Positions 60,088 through 64,000 of a DNA stretch of 64,000 nucleotides are shown here, piece by piece. The position numbers were made by a program, and so were the translations under genes. Origin of the DNA: a virus. The notes beneath the pieces were generated by a model that saw only the letters and a list, made by a program, of their open reading frames with translations, did no database searches and was not told the origin of the DNA. The stretch covers positions 3,647-67,646 of IMG/VR virus record IMGVR_UViG_3300044675_005321. One strand, 5' to 3'. How positions within the stretch are numbered: position 1 is the first letter of the stretch; the number at the start of each line of letters is the position of its first letter.

Positions 60088-60456
60088 ATGAACGCTTTAC
60101 TTCAAAGAGTCTTAGAGACTTTCACCAGCCTTCAAGGCAAGAGAAAAACCTTACAATCAACACGCATCACCGTAACCGCTGTAGACTATGAAAGACATGA
60201 TATTTACACAAGTAACCGCTTACATAATCGCAAATGGTCAAGCAATATGGCACATGATGAAGTTACTGTGACATTGTCATCAAAATTCGGAGATACAAAT
60301 TTAATTTTTACAGCCTATGATTACGAAGCTGACGCGGTTACAATTAGATTTACTCACCAGTTACAAGCAGCCTCATTCTTTGACGCATCCATCACAGAAG
60401 AAGATTTAGACAATGTACACGGTTTCTTTGCGGAACATATTGAATTGCTAGCATAG
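60088..60456 (+). CDS. Hypothetical protein in a stand-alone promoter-gene-terminator unit
   Basis: Promoter upstream, terminator downstream. Confidence 0.65.
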   Translation: MNALLQRVLETFTSLQGKRKTLQSTRITVTAVDYERHDIYTSNRLHNRKWSSNMAHDEVTVTLSSKFGDTNLIFTAYDYEADAVTIRFTHQLQAASFFDASITEEDLDNVHGFFAEHIELLA

Positions 60457-60481
60457 AACCTAGGCAATCAGAAAACCGAAT

Positions 60482-60507
60482 AAAAGGGGCTTAATTGCCC
60501 CTTTTTT
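60482..60507 (+). terminator. Rho-independent terminator
   Basis: AAAAGGGGC-ttaatt-GCCCCTTTTTT. Confidence 0.8.
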
Positions 60508-60575
60508 CATTTATACTCTCTAAATCGTGTATTATGTGCATATTATCATTTAAACTATGCAGAAAGGCAAACACG

Positions 60576-62018
60576 ATGCAGAAAGACGATTTAATAAAGA
60601 ATGCCAGTGAGCAAATCAGAGAACAACATGATATCTTCTTAGTACAATTACTAGGGGTAGAGAATAGCGGCCTAGACGCCCTACGTATCAAAGAACTATA
60701 TGATAAAGGTTTGATTGATTTAAATGATCCAGGTTTACAGGTTGGCGGCGTTGATCCATTTACTTTTTTACAAGTAGCGGGAAAAATCTTTGATAGTGTT
60801 GATCATGATACAAAAGTTAAAATGAGGTCATGGAGTCTTGACGATTGGCGCTTATCAGTCAAGAGTAAACTTGAAAAGATGGTAGGCAAGAACGCGCCGG
60901 TTGACGGTTCACAGATGGCAACGCCGCCGCTCACACAGAGCACAGATCTAAAAGCGCCGGTACTTATTCCCGCGTGGATGAGTCCAGCAGAAAAAGGCGC
61001 TTATGTTTCAGCAATCACACGAGCGGGAGCATACGCAAGAGGCTTGGGGAATAGACTAGATGAGGACTTATCAAAAGTAATCGCTGAAGGTTGGCAAGGT
61101 GAGCAAATTAGCGAGGAGGTCAATCCCTCACAACGTGAATACATGCTTGATACAATACGCAATGAAACAGCGAACGAATTTATAGGATCTAGGGATGCAA
61201 AAACCTTAGCATCGAGGCTTGCAGATCTCACAAAGTACTATTCTCACAATTGGCAAAGAATCGCACAAACCGAATTACAAGCAAGTCACAATGAAGGGCG
61301 CTTCATTGACGCCGTAGCAAACAATGAACGAATAGCGAGGGTTCCAGATACAGACGCTTGCGAAACTTGTTTATCTTTGTTTGTTGGCGGTGATGGTAAT
61401 CTACTGATCTTTGAACCTTCGGAACTTGCTCAAAATGGATCAAATGTAGGCAAAGCAAAAGGCGAACACAAAGCAACGCTATTCCCTGTTCATCCTAATT
61501 GTAGATGTGATACGATTCCAGTTCCTCAAGGTTTCTATGTACTAAGAGACGGGCGAATTAGGCGGGAGGAATTGAACAAGGCAATCAAAGTGCCTAGCAA
61601 ATATTTAAGCGGGTTATCTAGTGAAGAAAAAGAAGCACGCACAAAAGAAATTAGGCAACGCGTAAAGGGCGGCGAAGATCAAAGAACATACGCCCCTATG
61701 ATTGGCGACAAAGACGCAAAGACAAAACCATCAAAATACACTAGAACAGAACTAGCAAGTAAAGTGAGGGAGGCTACGAAAACAAATAGCACAGAAGAAT
61801 TTATTAGCGTAGCATCTAAGATTTCAGGCGTACCCCGCTCAATCGTAGCAGAAGTACATAAGCGAGGAGCGGAAGCGTGGAGCGTGGGACATAGGCCAGG
61901 GGCGTCGCAAGTCGCATGGGCAAGGGCGCGCGTTTACTCATTCTTGACCGGCGGGAAAACTAGACAAACAGCAGATAAAGACCTATGGGCGAAATACTTA
62001 GAAACTAAGAAATCATAG
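60576..62018 (+). CDS. Head morphogenesis (MuF/gp7-like) protein with extra basic C-terminal domain
   Basis: RIAQTE, C..C and PVHPNCRC motifs; C-terminal PSKYT...WARARVYSF domain. Start placed at MQKDD because the longer start overlaps the terminator. Confidence 0.8.
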   Translation: MQKDDLIKNASEQIREQHDIFLVQLLGVENSGLDALRIKELYDKGLIDLNDPGLQVGGVDPFTFLQVAGKIFDSVDHDTKVKMRSWSLDDWRLSVKSKLEKMVGKNAPVDGSQMATPPLTQSTDLKAPVLIPAWMSPAEKGAYVSAITRAGAYARGLGNRLDEDLSKVIAEGWQGEQISEEVNPSQREYMLDTIRNETANEFIGSRDAKTLASRLADLTKYYSHNWQRIAQTELQASHNEGRFIDAVANNERIARVPDTDACETCLSLFVGGDGNLLIFEPSELAQNGSNVGKAKGEHKATLFPVHPNCRCDTIPVPQGFYVLRDGRIRREELNKAIKVPSKYLSGLSSEEKEARTKEIRQRVKGGEDQRTYAPMIGDKDAKTKPSKYTRTELASKVREATKTNSTEEFISVASKISGVPRSIVAEVHKRGAEAWSVGHRPGASQVAWARARVYSFLTGGKTRQTADKDLWAKYLETKKS

Positions 62019-63937
62019 ATAAAAAGTTTAAATCGTACATAATAGAGAAGATACTTAGAAACAAAGTGAACAGGGTTAAAAAAGATGTTTAGATACTCAT
62101 CATTCATTGACTCATTGCTCAAGGCAATGACTCATAAATATATTAGACGCGTTCCCAAGGGAGTAACCAAGACAGGGAAAACAAAGTATATTTATTACTA
62201 CGCAGGCCAAGAAGGGCATGGTCAAGGCGTAGCACATGAAAGCGAACTTGTTGAAGGGGCAGCATTTGCATTCGGCGAACATAGAAAGACAAGATATCAT
62301 GCACATATTCGCAAAGTAGACGGCGATAAAATTACTGTTCGTTACGATGATGGGGCGAAAAAGGGACAAGAAGAAACTATGACTAAGAAGCAATTTCAAG
62401 CGTTAGTGCATGGTGAACATAAGGAATCAATCAAACAGGCACAAGCTAAAGCAGATAGGCAATTAAAAGACTTTCAAACAGGCAAAGACAAGGGCGTAAA
62501 GGTTAAACAAGAAACACTTGATAAACTAGCGCAAAGAGTAGCAAATTTAAAAAATTTAGTCAGTCACATTGACCAGCCCGCAAAGGTGGATGCCCCTTGG
62601 ATGAGTGAACGAGAACGAAGAGTTTTTGAGGGGCAAAATCGACTTTTTACATTGCTTGAGAACAAAGAGATCACCGAGTCACTTTTAAAATCTAGAACGA
62701 ACCCTACAATTATCAAGGACATGCTAAAAAATGTTATTACATCTATTTTCAAGTACAAAGACCTATCACAAATTCCTAAGAACGATTTACGTCTCTTATT
62801 AGACGCAAATAGATCCGCATATATGAACTCAAACTCTGATATAGAAACTTTGATTCTAACACTATCGCAATTATGGCAAAAATTGCCCTATGCACCAAGA
62901 GAAAAAAATGAACAGGTTGGGAGAATAGATGTTATACATGCGGATCTAGTAAAACAGACAGCCGAACAAAAAAAGAAAAGGGCGATACATATTGAGGCGG
63001 TAAAGCAAGCGCAAGATGCGATGATCAAAACTGATCCAGATTTAGCAAAGATCATCTACGGCAATATGATTTTTACTCAAGTTACAGATAAAAAAGGAAT
63101 TGGGGCAGGTGTACAAGGTTTTTTCTCTACCGGCACGCCGGCGCAGAAAGTGTATATTGGGAGAGGTACAAAACTAGATACTATTTATCATTCCGCCGAT
63201 GTGATTTATATGGACACCGAAGATACATTCGATAGAAATGCTTCTGTCTTTTCCCCCCTTCCTGAAAAAGCCAAGACATATTTACAAACAGAATATATTA
63301 AATCTGTTGTGATTCATGAGCTTGCTCACCGTTTCTCAAAATCTTTGATAGAACAAGGTGATAAGGTTTCTTTTCTAGAATCGTTTAAGTATTTTGCATA
63401 CAATGCCGGCCAGATTACACGAACGGTAGAATCTGTCATGAATAGACCCATTCAAGAATTCACCATATTTTCAAAACAAGCTAGCAGACTCATCAGCACC
63501 ATTCTAGGGAACTACCCCGCTTTTAACCGATCGACCAATGAAATCACAGGTATTTTGAAGCAAGATAATGAGTCAAGCAAAGAGCATACAATTAAGGTTT
63601 CTGATATAAACTTTGAGGCGTTAGGAGAAAGCAAGATAGTACATTCCGAAGGTGCTAATTCTACTATACAAATACCCTTAAACAATGGGGGGCGCTTTAA
63701 TATTTTAATTCCAATTACACCAATAGACCTTCTAGAAAAATTTAATAGATATCGTACATTATTGCCTACCACAAATGCACATGCAAACGATGAAGAATGT
63801 TTTAGTGATATGATGGCGGCGGTATGTGATCCGAACTACAAAGATGAACCATTGCGAACAAAATTCTTACAATACATAGTAGAGTATAAAGACAAATTCG
63901 GGGCGTAATGTACTAAGAAATCATAGATAAAAAGTTT
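62004..63937 (+). repeat. 26-bp perfect direct repeat flanking the 62085 gene
   Basis: actaagaaatcatagataaaaagttt at 62004-62029 and 63912-63937. Confidence 0.85.
62085..63908 (+). CDS. Candidate internal head protein: HKYIRR leader plus zincin-like (HExxH) domain
   Basis: LLKAMTHKYIRRVPKG leader; VVIHELAH and downstream EECFSD. Confidence 0.65.
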   Translation: MFRYSSFIDSLLKAMTHKYIRRVPKGVTKTGKTKYIYYYAGQEGHGQGVAHESELVEGAAFAFGEHRKTRYHAHIRKVDGDKITVRYDDGAKKGQEETMTKKQFQALVHGEHKESIKQAQAKADRQLKDFQTGKDKGVKVKQETLDKLAQRVANLKNLVSHIDQPAKVDAPWMSERERRVFEGQNRLFTLLENKEITESLLKSRTNPTIIKDMLKNVITSIFKYKDLSQIPKNDLRLLLDANRSAYMNSNSDIETLILTLSQLWQKLPYAPREKNEQVGRIDVIHADLVKQTAEQKKKRAIHIEAVKQAQDAMIKTDPDLAKIIYGNMIFTQVTDKKGIGAGVQGFFSTGTPAQKVYIGRGTKLDTIYHSADVIYMDTEDTFDRNASVFSPLPEKAKTYLQTEYIKSVVIHELAHRFSKSLIEQGDKVSFLESFKYFAYNAGQITRTVESVMNRPIQEFTIFSKQASRLISTILGNYPAFNRSTNEITGILKQDNESSKEHTIKVSDINFEALGESKIVHSEGANSTIQIPLNNGGRFNILIPITPIDLLEKFNRYRTLLPTTNAHANDEECFSDMMAAVCDPNYKDEPLRTKFLQYIVEYKDKFGA

Positions 63938-64000
63938 CATAATAAGATAATATACAAGAAACTAGAAACACAATAAACAGGACTAGAAAACATGTTTAGA

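Overview
The window is most of the genome of a contractile-tailed (myovirus-like) dsDNA phage; no integrase, tRNA or CRISPR array was seen. It opens inside the major capsid gene. Modules in order: neck, tail and baseplate genes (to 18.4 kb, +); an inverted-repeat, origin-like element; primase-helicase, PD-(D/E)XK nuclease, SF2 helicase, SSB and PolA (+); lysis, tail fibre and large terminase genes (-); a sliding clamp and four tandem DNA methyltransferases; an intein-containing class II RNR, ThyX, RecU and a frameshifted PAPS-reductase-family gene (-); a second copy of the inverted-repeat element, a putative small terminase, two more methyltransferases, the portal and candidate internal head proteins (+). 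Most notable: (1) CTGG is almost absent from the + strand while CCAG is common, whichever strand codes, and the exceptions lie in methyltransferase genes; (2) the methyltransferase array has a repeat/variable-TRD structure with patchwork recombination; (3) a G9 tract frameshifts the PAPS-reductase-family gene; (4) two homologous long palindromic elements; (5) modular genes with a shared leader and variable cargo. All annotation is by eye from motifs and synteny; no searches were run.
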